The notes beneath the pieces are model-generated. The model was not told the DNA's origin and searched no databases. It saw only the letters and a program-made list of their open reading frames with translations. This document shows positions 38,850-52,700 of a stretch of 64,000 nucleotides of DNA, piece by piece (position 1 is the first letter of the stretch; each line of letters opens with the position of its first letter). Origin of the DNA: Raillietiella orientalis (taxonomy: Eukaryota); assembly GCA_036172245.1 (NCBI GenBank), contig JAYWIR010000017.1, positions 62,001 through 126,000 on the forward strand, read 5' to 3'. Made by a program: the position numbers and the translations under genes.

Positions 38850-39270
38850 CAAAAGAAACGTTACACCAGTCTTTTTGATGAACAGAGGCTCTCTTCGTAA
38901 AAAACATTCCAGGCATCTCATTTCTCCGGCATTCGAGACTGAAGCTTCCATTACAGTTGAATATTTGGAAAGACTGCCTCTTTTTATGCTCAGGGGAAAA
39001 TGGAAAGTGATTTTTGTGTACTGTAAATTTGTGCTGTGCACCGAAGGCCATCACACTCGAGCAATCTATCCTTAATTAAGTATGGAGAAGAGTATATAAG
39101 ACCATTGTCTTCAGCCAGGGTTCGGTTACAAATTTGAAACTGCGATACATCAAAAAGGAATCCATATGACCCTCGAAAATTTCTATAGATATGCAAAATA
39201 GTGTCAACAAGCAGCAACAACAAAAGGATTACCAGTAAAATGATTAGAAGATCCATTTGCAGACCCCTTA
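38850..39270 (+). pseudogene. PB1-like EVE fragment (motif E onward)
   Basis: RYTSLF (cf. EFTSFF), HFSGIRD (cf. GVSGINE), RLPLFML (cf. ALQLFIK), IVFSQGSVTNLKLRYI (cf. LLVSDGGPNLYNIRNL). Confidence 0.55.
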
Positions 39271-40240
39271 ATCATCATCTAGATCAGATCCCTTCATCTG
39301 AACACATCAGCACAGCTATGCAAGCAAAGGGAAACTAGAGAGGTTTTCTCACTGAGTAATTAGTTTTTGAGGTATTCAGAGAAGCTGAAATGAAAACCCA
39401 ACAAAGTTAGATAAAAATCCCAAATTAACAGGATCTGTATCGAAAACGGAACTTTGGAATATTACAAAACCTAAATCACATATATGTAAAACCCTTTCTC
39501 TCCATTAAATCAGACCTAAACATTTAGTTACGGCCTTCCAAAAAGATCCCAAAACTTTGTTATTATTTACTGAATTTTTCTTGTGAAATGACATTTTTTA
39601 TTCGTAAACCCTAAGAATTATTAGGAAATGAAAGCTTAAATTTATGCAATTGGAGAAAAATGTCTTTTATTTAAAGAACATTCCGTTTTTTTTTGTGAAA
39701 GAGAAAAACATAAACAGAGCGATTAATTTCAGCGATTTGCATAGCAGAAACAGTCTGTTCTCAATTATTCGTATGCAAGTTATGATTTGCGGTTTTTTGT
39801 TTTCATTTTTGGGATTTTACGAATCCTTTGAAGCTTTTTATACCAAATGCATGCATAGTTATTTCATTCCGATTCTTTGATGATTTCAACAGAATTCACG
39901 TTCTCTATTACATTGTTTACATATTATTATAGGTGTGTATATCTTGTATTTTGCAATGAGACCAGATTTAGGAAATTTGACACTTGCAAAAGAAATTTCA
40001 AGTGAGGGAATGTAATTCAAGATATATGTGGATGGATGTTATTAATTAGTAGATGACATGAACTTTGACATGGAAACAATGTGCTAAACATTACTAAGCC
40101 AGAATATGCTTGTTTGCAGTAAACCTGTTTGATATTTTAATGTTTTTTGGAGTCCATTTATCTCTTGTGAAAATCTTAACATTTGTAAGTGCCCCATATT
40201 TTTTTTATTTTTTCATTATTCTAGAATAGGATGTAGTTGC

Positions 40241-43200
40241 ATGGAGAATATTAAATGTGAAATAAATTTTTCAAAATTTCACGATAAATGTGGTTCATGG
40301 AGTGACAGCGATGATGTTGAACTCCTGAAATGCTTACATAATTTTCCAGAGGTTAGTTAAAGTCATATGAGTTAGTCAAAATCTCTATTAGCAGCAAGTG
40401 TTCAAGTGCTTGACGTTAATATTTTTGTGAGATGTAACCTGCTGAAGTATCTGCATGTTTCATTCAAGTTCATCAGCTGGAAAGCCTAAATCTGCAATTT
40501 TAAATCTTGTAAAATAAGACATGCCCAAATGCTTGTCTTTCAGATAATTGATTGCTTGTTATTAGTTTATCAGATAGTTACTTAATATCAGGATGTTATA
40601 AAAATTTGGAAATTCAAAGAACTGCAATTAATCCAATGTCTGTTAATGTTGTTTAATAGGTTGTGAATTTTTTCAGTATTTATGTCAACAAATCAACATT
40701 TGTGAAAAGAAGATATGTGATTTTCTTGATGATCTCCGAAGTATTGATTTACAAATTCAGAATGTGAATAACAAGTACATGAGGTTATCAAAAAAGCAAT
40801 TTATGGAAACTAGAGTAACTGATGATTTTGAAAATCATCAAAATAGCAATAAGGGCACAAGTCAGTTGATGGTAATAACATGCATTTTGTTTTTTAAAAC
40901 AAGGTAGATTGTTCATAAAATTTATTTATTAGAAATTTATTTATTTGAAACCCATGCTAACCTATTTATGGATCTAATAATTCTAGATTGAAAACAATAA
41001 CAAAAGTGAAGATATGCAGTCAATGGAAACAATAACAAAAGCATTGTGCTTTGGTATACAGATCTTAGATCCTTCTTTCTATGGGAGTTCTGATCTTTAT
41101 GTTAGGTAAACCAGCAGAAAACCTAAATTTCTATCTTATTTTTTTATAAGAGAGAAAAGATACTTAGATAAAAGTTTACAATTGCTTATGAAACCCTTGC
41201 CTTGTCTTGTTGAATCAACAGAGTACATTTCAAATTATACTTGTTTGAGTCCATCTGAAAAGCAAGAAAAAATTAACACTCAAAATAATGTTGAATCTAA
41301 AGGATCGAAGGTTTGTTGTTCTTCATGTTATGTAGGTCCTATTAGGGATTTAGTGTTCATCAGTGTGTAGTTTTACTTCACATTCTTCAGCATCTAGTTT
41401 TGCATCATGTTCTACTCCTGATTATCATAAAGCTGCATCTAAGCTCTGTAATTCAAAGGATTTTGAAAATGGTAATCATAACTGAAAGCTTTTGATTACA
41501 ACTGGAAACATCATTTTTTAGATCACACACTTAGCAACTCACAAGGAAATACTTCACATCTTCACACTGAACATTCTGCAACAGATTCTAAAAAGAATGC
41601 TTCTAAAATTATCATTACACATTCCAAGGATTTTGAATCTGAAGTGCACTGTAAAGTAGATGTTAAAGATGAATGCAAAGTAGATTTAACCACAAAGACC
41701 ACGATGAATGCAGCCCCTACACATGGTAAGAACAAAGTACCTGTATCAGAAAAAACTAATATGTGTGTCCCCTGTCCAGTGCAAATGCCAGTTATAGATC
41801 CACTTACAAACAGCTGTCTTAATGATTCCATTTGGCCACATTTGGATCCCCAAAATGACACCTTATCCAGTATTAGTATTAGTACTACTCCTGAGGACTC
41901 CATCCCTGTTAATAAATCACAGCGGCCAGAGCTCTTTGATGAAATATCTACCAAGTCAAGCACCATACCCTGTTCCCTTCCTGCACTTCCTGTATACATA
42001 AAGTAAGAACACCTTCATCATTTCTTTCTAGCTGTCAACATGTCAACAGGAAAGCAGAAAACTTATTTGGTGATAGTGATGAGGAAGATGATTTGTTTTG
42101 TGCTACCAGGAGCACCAAAAAGTGTTTAGTTTTAAATAAGAATTCACCTTCACCTGGATTACTTCATTCTGTTTCTTCTTTTCATGATGATAAGAAAGCA
42201 GATGTGTGTTCATCAGAGAACAAAGTGATAAGTAATAGTTTGTTCTCTTATGTGAAATCAATTTTATTGTATGCTTCTAAAGACAGGTTTTCGGCATCTA
42301 CAGTTAGTGTTACAAATAAAGATCAATCAAGTGCAAAAATCATTTCATCAGATAAGACAGCACACTCACCTGGTGATTTAGAAACACTTGACCAGTCATC
42401 TCTCCAAGGTGCTAACATTCAGAATTCTGTTGAGGAGATGGGAAGTGGAATTTTTCCAGCTACATTGCCAAATGTTAGTACCTTGTAGTTGTAGAACCCA
42501 TTATAATACATTGTTACTTTTTTCTTATAAGTTCGTTACTTTTGGATTCAGCAAGAATGCTATCCTCCAAAGGGTAATAACATATACTAGTGAGATGCAT
42601 GGACTGAATTTTCTCTAAATCTCAGCATTTTTACTTAAATGGATGCAGTGATGAAAGTGGCTTTTCTTTGGTAACCATTTCGTTGGCCTTGTGTCTGTTG
42701 TAATTGAAATTAGTTTGCCTTTTCCCTTCATTTTCAGCATGTTACATGATATGATAGATCTTCCACTTTTGTATTTCCTCTAACAACGTTTCGCATACTG
42801 ATTTTGTGTTCATTTTTACGTCACTAATTCATTGGAAATTTTTTGCAAAGCAACCCAGATTTATTGCATTCAACATAGTTAAGAACTAAAAGCAGTCCTT
42901 AGAAACTTTGTTTTATGGAAACTTGTTTCAATTTCCAGTCATTTATTTTTGCATCCATTAGTAAATAATAATAATTTGTCATCCAAATTCTTGTATTATC
43001 ATTGATCATCAATTTTTAACTTTGTCGTTATAAAAAAAATGTCAGCAATCTTCAGGTGCGACACCTGTTGATGCACAGACTTCTGCAAAACTTCCAAGCA
43101 CTTACTTAACATATGCTACAAGACTGTCATCAATTGATGAGTTTTGAGCATTGGAAACTGAAATCATGATGCAATGATTGAAGTTTATATGTTGTTTTGC

Positions 43201-44530
43201 CTATAGGTACATTTGTATGAAGAGACAGAATCCACAAGCTACTTAGGTGGGGATGATGAATGGATGGAAAAGCTATCAACAAAGTGAGTCTCCACCTTGC
43301 ATAATTATATTACTTATTAATGTCCAAAAATTGTTTTGCAGCAGAAATGACTTTTCAGTGGCACCAAACAGATACCTTACTCTGAATCATCAAAGCCCCC
43401 TTGAAGAACAAGTGCGTTAGGACAAGTATTTGAACTGAAATCAACTCTCTTCTGTTCTAGGGTCTTTTTGATTCCACTAAATATGTCGAGCAGAATGCAA
43501 CCCATAACTTAAGTGAGTTCATTTGTTAATTATTGGCATGGCTGACCAGTATAAAAGCTAGTGTGCAGAATGCTGCCTTTGGAAATACAGTGATCACAAA
43601 GGAATCTGAGGATCCTTTGCTTCCCACAGATTCAAACTTTAAACTACTTATCAGTCGAACAAAAGAAAATCTTCAGGTAACATGATTACAGTGGAAAAAT
43701 TTTAAGCATCTACTTGAAAATAGGCAACCTTGACATCTGGAGTAGGACAGTCAGCAGCTGTTCATGCAATTTCTCCAAATTATGACCCAAACAAAATTGC
43801 AGCTGAAATACTTAAGTCCGTTCTTAATCTATAACTGCTGAACATTGATTTATTCCTTAAACTCTTTTGTTTTCAGTGATTTGCAAGTGGTTAGTCAAGG
43901 TCACAACTCCACTATTGTTACAAACCATACCACTGCAAGTCATGGCAACAGAAGTGCATCTACACCAAACAAGTAAGTTGAAGCACAAATGGCTGAACAA
44001 TATTAAGCAGTATCAATTGCAGTGAATCACTGTTGAGATCAAACAGTCCACCTGACTGGACAAATCACAGTAGCAGTACACAGAGGGATATGAAAAATCA
44101 TCTACCCCATCAAACTGATTGTGTTATTGATGTAAATGATTGTGTAGATTTGGAGCACACCTTACTGCCAAATCTTACAAAGGTTGGACACATATACCAT
44201 GTTTACTTATTCTTTTTTTAGGAAAGAGCTAAATGTAAAAGACGTAGAGATCCTTGCCACAGAAATCATTCAACCCAGTTGCCCATCAAAAGCAACACAT
44301 GTCCTGATGCAGATTATCCTGCCAACAAATTGCATGTATCTGTTGCAAATGAGCATGTACTTAGTGACATTGAGAGCCATGCAAATGAACATGTTCTCTC
44401 AAATACCTCTTCTCCAGTAAAACTTCCAATACAGTGGACTGATATATTTGCTGAATCTATTGAACCAATCCTTACAGAAGAGTTTTCTACCACATTATTT
44501 GACGATTTGTTTTCTGAAGATAAGATCTGA
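40241..44530 (+). CDS. WASHC2: WASH complex subunit 2 (FAM21)-like, multi-exon
   Basis: Exon 1 (40241-40351) GSWSDSDDVELLKCLHNF and exon 2 IQNVNNKYMRLSKKQFMETRV match the FAM21 head (SWSLAADAGLLQFLQEF...[21 protein letters not shown]). LFa motif NLFGDSDEEDDLF at ~42060; ends LFDDLFSEDKI*. Internal exon structure not fully resolved. Confidence 0.8.
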
Positions 44531-44536
44531 GTTCTG

Positions 44537-45431
44537 TCAAGATTTTCGAGGTCTCTTCTCTGCAAGAGGCTTTATGTCTTTTGAAGATGATTGGGAAGAT
44601 GCCAATTTCTCAAATTTGTCTTCCACTTTCACATCTGATTTGCTTGGTTCTGATAATATACAACGATGCTAGCATTCGTCTAGAACAAATTTTTAATTTA
44701 CCTGAAGATTTATTTGCATCCTGACAAAGTTGGGGTAAAAATTGTTTGGTCCACTCAGCAAGCAAAAAATCAATTCTTTGTCTTTGAAACACTGAACTTG
44801 GTTCTTCTTTAGCTTTTTCCTTTTTAATGGTAACTTCTGAAAACTCTTGTTCTTTCGACTCCCACCAATACCCTCTAGAAGGATGGTAACGTGTCAAGCT
44901 TGCCACCTCATCAAAGGCTGATTGTAAATGATGTATAGTATTTGCCTTTAATGGACGTATGAATAGATAGATTACAAACGCGACGCCATTTTACCAATCG
45001 TGAATTAATTACTGATCCCAAATCTGGCGCTTGATACACAACTCCTGCTATGATGTAATAGGCTGCCACATGTGTTACTTGAGTTGGTGAGTGGCGAAGT
45101 TGCTTTCGAATTACATACAAAATTGGTTCTTGTGCATGCAACAAGCTGTATTCTAATCCTGTCATGTTACTATTGCATATTAGTATACTTTCTAACTTCT
45201 ACTTACACTAATTGTTCAGTACTCAATCTTTGCATTTTAATTACTTCGTTGTTACATGTGCGATCATAGAATGGGTTGCTTTTCTCACAGAAATACTCCA
45301 ACACATTGGAAGGATTCAGATGTGGAATCCAATTGCTATCGTGCCAAGAGATCCCCAACGCACTTTCTTTAAGAATTGAATCAGCTTAACCACAATCGCA
45401 TAACTTACCAACCTTTAATGCGTTCTGTCAT
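44537..45431 (-). CDS. MED6: Mediator of RNA polymerase II transcription subunit 6
   Basis: Exons ~45431-45413, 45366-45207, 45169-44995, 44945-44702 and 44649-44537: [91 protein letters not shown], final EKRPRKS*. First exon tentative. Confidence 0.95.
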
Positions 45432-47559
45432 CCTGGGACAGAGTACTGGGAACAAATTTACCTAATTACAGGGTCCTGCTTGTGTTCCATATCACTATTT
45501 GCGGATTCATGCACTCCGAGATGAGGGCAAACAACTGTAAATACGAATGATTACAAACTTTATCATTTGTGAGACAAAAGCAGAGCACAAGCACGCAAGC
45601 AGTTTTTCAGTACTCAAACATATCAGTGTTGCCAACATATTCATTACACTACTAAAACTGTCTAAATAAATTCGTAGGACGTTAATATGTATATCAGTGG
45701 GGCTAAAAAAACGCATTTTGCTTTTCTTAGACTCATTATTACTTCGTTTTCTTGGATTTTATAATAGCATAACGTGCAAATGAAATCTTTAGCATTCTTT
45801 CATCTTAAGTATACATGCTCTTAGATGCAGTTTCGTGACCTTCCTGATGAAGTAGCATACTTGAAATATTCATTCTCTCTTTATTTCTAACCTTTCATTT
45901 TTTGCGCACTCAGATAAGAGAAATGATTCCTCCTAATGGATCAGCTAGATTCATGAAGTTGAATATTATTTCTGACATTATCAGTCATGTAGTCTTCTAT
46001 GATTCAAAAATTGCTCGCCTTGTCTAAAATTGCCCTAAGGCTGTACACAGAAGCATTAATTGAATGAATCGAATGGTTGTATATATTTGCACAACTTTCC
46101 TTGTGCAATCATATGCATCCATTCGATTTATGGCGTTCAGAAACTAATTGATAATTTACAGAAGGAGATGACTGCCGTTAAAACACTCCGAAAATTTTCG
46201 TTTCGAAATTGAAAGTGTCAAATCATTAGAATCGTAGTAGGTTTGAAATCATTATGTTTCAAACCTGGCATAGAAATCTTGTCAAAATAGATAGGAAAAC
46301 ATGAGTGATTGTGTTGTGAGTATGATGATTAATACATTTGTTGAATTAACTGAATAACATAAAAGAAATTCAAAAAACTAAACCTATGATTACTGATAAT
46401 TATACTGTAATTACAGTAAATGCCAGAATATTTTTTACATATCTCATGCTCTTGTATTGAAAGGAACGTATGAAAATGTTTCAGCAGCAAAGCCTTGGAA
46501 AGACTATTTTGTTGAATAGAAAAATAACTATAATTCACGCAACTGGAGTTAACAGCAGCATCTGAAATTTCTTCGCTTAATATAAGATTAAATAATAATC
46601 ATAAACAAGTCGATAAATGCTGTAAAAGTATTTTACTAGTGATGTTAACTCTGACCTTAGAGTGCTGTGATAATTCTGTTTTCGACTTGCACAGACTCTT
46701 TTAAGTCTGTATTCCAACTTCCTCAAACAGCATCTGTTAATCCAGAAAATTTATTTTGAATTGCAAAAAAAATTTGGACTTCATTGTACCTGATTACTCA
46801 CTGAAATTATGAAAAGGATCGATTTTGGAGAGTTTTTGAAGTTGTAACTTGTAAATGAAAATTTCACTTTTTTAAGGATTATGTCACGATGCCCCCTTAT
46901 TTATCAGAAGAAAGAAAACCAATTTATTTTATTAATTTGTTATAATGAAGAGCAAAAGTTCACACACTATGCTAAAACTGAAATTGAAGGAATATTACAC
47001 CAAAACGTGAGTGTATCTGATATTCGAAGAAATCAAAGTATCGTAATCTCTAAGATAAATCATATTTCAGATCTCTGAAAACAAACTCACTTTAGACTCG
47101 ATGCTTACTTTAAAAGGCCTGAAGATTGAGAAAATATAATTGTATATTAATTTTTTATGATGTATAAAATCTGTTGTATTAAGGCTAAAATTGTTGAATT
47201 TTTTGAAATAATAAAGCATTGCACTGAATTTTTGAATGCTTAATCGACACCTAATAAATGAAATGTCCGAAACGCATTGATGGAACACTGTGATTGCTAT
47301 GGTTTCTGTCGATTTTTTTTTTTGATTTTTTGATTAGAATCAGAGGTCTAACAGAAGAACTTTTTTTGATTTCTTTATTGCGATTCTTATTCTTTGATAA
47401 CTGTCATTGTTCAATGCAATCCTATTTGTAAGCATTTTTTCACTTGATTCTGGTAAGGATTGAAACTTAGGCATATGATATGATCTCTTAAATAAGCTAA
47501 TTATGCCAATGTTTCGCAAGCCTTGAAAAAGTCTTCTTGCTGAAATTGAAAGCCAAATC

Positions 47560-48080
47560 TAGAGTTCTATGGTTAAAAGTTTCTTGATATTTTTAGACAA
47601 TGATCTTTGTAGATCCCACCCCACAATGGAGGAATCCTGCTTATCCTCTTCAAATTCCTTGTCAAATATTTCAGAAAATTAGTTTCGAAGCGAATGCCTA
47701 TGTGGGCACTGCACTGAGTTTTCCGAAACAGTGGAAAAGTTGGATCTTACTAGCAGAAATCGTGCATCGTACTTTTGATGATAGAGTTTTCGAGTTTCTA
47801 GAATAAAAGCATTCTGTGAAACTCATGGTGAACTTTCCACGGTAATACTCGAAGCAATTTCTGATCATTTCCGTTTTTACTTTTCCTTCATTAGCGAAGA
47901 AAGATTTATTTCCGTGAGCGATTTTGCATGATTCACAGTTTCTATGAAAAAACCCTGATTCGGACAGACATTTGAGGACATGAACGAAATATGACTTGAG
48001 ACCCTCCCCCATGAGCACACTTGAAAAAACAAGTTCGGAAGGGATTAAGGAAGGATGAAATGATATAGAGTTTGTGGACA
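47560..48080 (-). pseudogene. PA-like C-terminal EVE fragment
   Basis: KVKTEMIRNCF (cf. KWGMEMRRCL), AFASKLIF*NI....AGF (cf. TLLAKSVFNSL....EGF). Confidence 0.4.
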
Positions 48081-48099
48081 AGGGACACCGAATGATGAA

Positions 48100-49400
48100 A
48101 TTGGATAAGCTTTGCTATAAATACATCTTCGGAATAATGAGCAGACTGCCGAAAGTGAGCTCAGTGTTCTGAAGATTTAGAGAGCAATTGAGAAGCATTC
48201 ACTTATGCATAATCAGAGGAGTCACTTGCATATCCAAACAGAAAAAAACAAAGATTCTGAATTCTCGTATTCCAGCTCAAAGGATTCTCGCAATCTACGT
48301 GAGATCAGCTAACTCGAGGGCGGAAAAGTCCACCTCCCGTTTCAAACAGAGAGTTAGAACACTGTCCTCTTGGTCCACTGACGAGATTTGAAGAAATCAG
48401 GGAGAATTAGGCAACAGTTGCAGCCCTACGTGCCGAATTAGGAATGTTGGATTCGACTTGATGTATTCTGAGGAAAGACTCTCAAGAGAAGAATGCAGCT
48501 GAAACGAGATGCACAGGATAGATCACTGTCTATTTAACACCTGGAGGTATCATCGCTGGAAGTTGACCAGTTCTAAGCCATTCGCTGAAGGATTGCATCT
48601 AGTTAGTTTCCTCCATGATGGGTATGTAATCATTCTAGTAAATCCCCCACCTCTGAGCAGTAAGCTTGGCACCACCTGAATTCCCAAGGCAGCATCTGTG
48701 TTAGTTGAAACACGATAATTTCCTTAACCTGCGGTTTCCTGAGCCAAGCTTGACTTCTTGCAGACGTGAAGTAAGCAGCGGTTGAGTCGATATCAGGTGG
48801 CATCCTAGAAAGAGCGAGAGGAATTCCAAGCTCTGAACCATGTAGCGTCGTCCTCAAGATTCCTTCCTATTCTGTTCACACCTAAGAATCCAATTATATT
48901 TTGCACGGAGAAGATAAGTTCTTCGTTCAAGAAGTCCTGCGTGAAAGAGAAGAAGTGCAGTGCAGATGGAAACGAGTCAGACGAACAATACGTGGTCCCA
49001 TCTCGGGAAGATAATAATATGATCTGGGGGGTTCGTGAAAGTCGGAACAAGCAATGAATCATGGGAGTGATGTAGTGGGAGGAGCAACCAATAAGCAAAT
49101 CAAGGAGTTTTCAGTAACCGAAGTGGTCAGCGGAAAACGAAGCTTGTATATCTGTTCATAAGAGGAGAAGGCGGTAATACAGTGACTTCAGGAGGGTAAA
49201 AACTTTCCAGCTCGGTCTGCATCAGTCCAAAGTGAGCTGTTTCCGCCTCTGTCACCACTCGGTCATGCCGGAATGTGAACTCTTTCCTTCAGCAGGAACC
49301 GGAAGCGACGTTACTTGCAATCTGATAGCACTTGCCAAGCCCCTCCAGAAGTTAATAAAGTTTAGCCGTGCATCAGTTCAAACCCGTCATCGTGGCACAA
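48100..49400 (-). pseudogene. PB2-like EVE (middle to C-terminal)
   Basis: LASAIRLQVTSLPVPAEG (cf. LERELVRKTRFLPVAGG), KLLDLLIG...CLFRL (cf. RMVDILRQ...CKAAMGL), VPSLLLRGGGFTRMITY. Confidence 0.6.
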
Positions 49401-49859
49401 TGGTACTTGAATAGAGAAGCGAGCAGAGAGAGAACCACAAAGAATCCAATTTTATAAGTTGATAAATACGACGTGGTAGCTTAAACGCTCCTACAAATCA
49501 ATTGCATGATCACACATGCAGTGAGTCCGACGTGCCAATGACTGCATAACCATGACTCAACTTTTCCTAAATGTTTTTTTTCTTATCATTCTAGATGTTC
49601 GTTATCCCTCTTAAATGCCCGTAGGTCAGTATGACATTTTTTTTAAAAAAATCTTTTAGTTTTGCTTGATTTCATGTGCCTTATTCTCTTTTCGAAATTA
49701 TTGATTTTTTTTTTTTTTTTTGACGTGATTTTCGATTCATGCACCTAATTATGTAATCAAGAATGCATAAATCTAGAATACTGCTCAATTATTGATCTCC
49801 TTCAAATAAAGATGGGGGGGGGGGGATTCTCTTTCCGCTCAATATGATCTACATACTAT

Positions 49860-50330
49860 TAAATAGATCGCTAAAATCTTCTGTGCCAGAACAGAGTGAG
49901 AGTTCATTAAATGGAATAGCGAAAAAATTAAAAATAATTGCTTGCAAGCAAAAACGAGTCAACGCCCTGAATACGCTTACGGGGAAAGCATCTTGGCAAC
50001 ACGCTTTCCCATCCAACTTGCGAACATTTCGTCTCACGGAAAGATGATGAGCCGGTTGGACCAAAATGAGCAATCCCACAAGCGTAGTCAAGCAAGCTAC
50101 TCAGGCGAAAGTTTGAGAAATGGATTCAAGATTGAAGGGAACGAATAAGTAATCTGTGTCTTGGTTTATCTGTAGGGTCGTGCATTGCCATGAAACACTT
50201 GAATGACTTTCGTTCAACCGTAGATGAAACGTCGTGTAAATGAGTTCCATATGGTACAAGGTCCCCCACTTTGTTACAACCTTTTGTCGCACTTGGAAAG
50301 CAATTCATGGGGTGCGCTGATGATCTCTAG
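49860..50330 (+). pseudogene. PB1-like EVE fragment (pre-motif A to post-A)
   Basis: NALNTLTGK (cf. LTLNTMTK), ILATRFPIQ (cf. AIATPGMQ), EPVG, PTLLQPFVALGKQFM (cf. PIMFSNKMARLGKGYM). Confidence 0.5.
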
Positions 50331-50556
50331 GAAGCTGAAAGATGCTGCTTTCTAAACGGCTTCCCTAGGCACCGTCCAAGTGCTGCTTTCTTTCAGGCTT
50401 CAATTGAAAACAGAATTGTCGCGATGATCATTATATTCTCCGTGATTCATGGTTATTCGATGTACTTTTTCCTATACGTAATGAGCGTGTGTAATCACAG
50501 CATTGGTGCTCCTACCGATAACATGAAAAAACAAACATTCAAAATAATCTGTGAAA

Positions 50557-50576
50557 CACACACACACACACACACA
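50557..50576. repeat. (CA)10 microsatellite
   Basis: Directly visible dinucleotide run. Confidence 0.95.
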
Positions 50577-51049
50577 GTAATGGGAAAATTCTGGACGATA
50601 AACAGAATAAAGTGCATCAAAATTTCATTACGAAGTGAAGCAATAGCAAAGATTGCATTAATCGCTTTTCAGGATGTTTGATGCAAATCTCTAAGTCATG
50701 GAAGATCGTACGTAACGTGTAATTGTATGTTCTAAGTCACTGTCTTCCAATTTTTTTGCTTAGCGTTGTTATGACTTTGAGACCCCTGTGTAGTTAATTA
50801 TAATGACACATACGCAAAGTAACAAGTGAAACGACCAAAAGTTATCATTTTCCGGTTTTTTTTAATCTTGTCCTGGAATATTGCACATGGTGTATGAATT
50901 TTCAAGGTTGTTAGCATCTGTGTTTGTGCGTCTGTTAAGGCCGTTGATTCGCATGTACAGATCTGTCGACTGGTACAAGAATGACGAAAAGGCTAAATGA
51001 AGCAAAATAGTGCATGCATGGATGTACATCGGAAGGAAAACCAGAAGTC

Positions 51050-52000
51050 ACTCCGAGTTTGTAAACCTGAGAACTGATCCCTGAGGTTGTTCAGCAAACA
51101 AACACTTGATTTGCTTTTCTGCTTGGGATATTTGAGTGTCCATCTTAGCGTTTCGGTCAAGCAGCTGCTTTGAGAAACAGCGGTACTTCAGGGATGGTGG
51201 ATTCGGGTTTTCAATCTGATTTCTTGGATTTTGGAAGAATTTCTTGCTTCCTTATCATTTGCACTGGACTCAAAAGATGCGCTTGAAGAAAGCAACTATC
51301 CAAACTTTCAAATGACATGCAAAGCACACAAGAATAAAAAAATGAACATTCATATAGGCGATGTCCAGCGTGTGTTGCCGCTCAAGCTTAAAGCTATTCC
51401 TGATTGCTTTCCTGGAAGGAGGCAGAGCCTATTCGGGGGTACACATAAATTATTTTGCTTTTCGTCTTTTTCAATCTCGGGAGCTGTCAGGGCCTTTTGG
51501 GTCATCCTTTCGGATCGATTTACATGTGACATAAAGGAGGCATCAAGAGGATAATTTGTAAAAGGACGCTTGCAAAATCATCTCGCCGAATCATCTCACT
51601 CAATTGCATGGATCTTTCATCAGACATCCTGGAACTCTTCATTAGACGTCAATATTCTCCCGTTTCCCTTTAGAGCATTCAGAGGCAGGAAGGGAAAAAA
51701 ATCCCATCCTTGTAACCGACACTCAATTTGCAGAAATAGCTACTTTCGCAACCACTCGTGTAATCTCCAGAATGTTCATTGATGGTAGCCGATGAAACAT
51801 TTCAGAATCAGGCCTGTTAAACGCCTTCTCATTTTTCTGCGCGATTCCGAAACGTCTCCTGTCCTCAATATTTTTCAGTTTATGGCCGAAACAAGATTTG
51901 GTATCTACTAGATCGCGGAAGCTGCAGATCCCACATGTGCAGACGATCTCTGTGAACAGCTTCCGCTCTCGGAAAGAAGCCTTCTAGAAGGTTTTCCTCC
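51050..52000 (-). pseudogene. PB2-like EVE (middle to C-terminal)
   Basis: DDFASVLLQII (cf. LSSFLRAVI ~8660), LCMSFESLDSCFLQAH, PSLKYRCFSKQLLDR (cf. LRYRVITTKLLRN ~9280). Confidence 0.6.
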
Positions 52001-52149
52001 TCTTTGCTGTGTAACTCAAAAAAATTAAATAAATTGAAAATTGAACTCATCATCTCGGATTTTTTAGGCGATTTTTCGCCTCTTCAGGAGACTCTGGTAG
52101 TCAATAAGATGCCATACATATTGATCGTTCTGTATCTCGGGAAAGGAAT

Positions 52150-52700
52150 TTTTTCACCTCGCATCGCCTATTTCACTTATTGTTTTCAAGATCGCTAAAA
52201 TCTGAGAGATTTCTCTTTCTAGAGAAATACGTAGTGCACGATCGTCACACATCTTACGAAACAGGTAGCTGGAAAATCTCAGGAACCACAGCAGAGACGT
52301 GATGGTGATGCCCTTTCGCGACTCTGCAAGTTGCCGGAGGTTCGTCTTGGCTGTCGAATCTGAAACCGAAGTTTGCAAATGCCAAACTACGATCTCACGT
52401 TCAAAAGTGTACGGACTCAAAGCAGAGACTTGGCCGAGTTTCAGCGGCAACTCGAAGGACTGACTGTGGACGTAGGCATCCGAATCTCACCATCAGAGGG
52501 ATGCTTGCGAATCGTTCTATTGCAACAGACACTTGCCATCCACATGTTGTTCTGAACGAAGAAGAGGATCCAAGAATGCTTGAGTGGGGAATGGGCCTCG
52601 CTGCCACATTTTCGAGTCATGAAATCTATAAGCATTTCGTTCCCACTTTCTCAAAAAGCATTGTGATTCCAGAAACGGGGAATTGCTTACGGCCTTTATT
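52150..52700 (-). pseudogene. PB1-like C-terminal-half EVE
   Basis: NSPFLESQCFLRKWERNAYRF (motif E region), HPSDGEI (cf. VSDGGP), KTNLRQLAESRK (cf. KRNRSILNTSQR), EREISQILAILKTISEI (cf. [17 protein letters not shown]). Confidence 0.6.

Noticed and set aside
44610..44701. Unspliced MED6 C-terminus ending at 44610
   Set aside because: Splicing 44650-44701 gives a C-terminus ending EKRPRK that better matches known MED6 ends.
45800..47500. Further PB1/PA-like traces (YDSKIARL ~46010 +; SLSKALLLKHF ~46490 -)
   Set aside because: Single short motifs in very decayed AT-rich DNA; plausible but not supportable without a profile search.
49705..49721. T17 run as the poly(A) tail of a retrocopy
   Set aside because: It lies 5', not 3', of the nearest minus-strand fragment, and homopolymer runs are common throughout the window.
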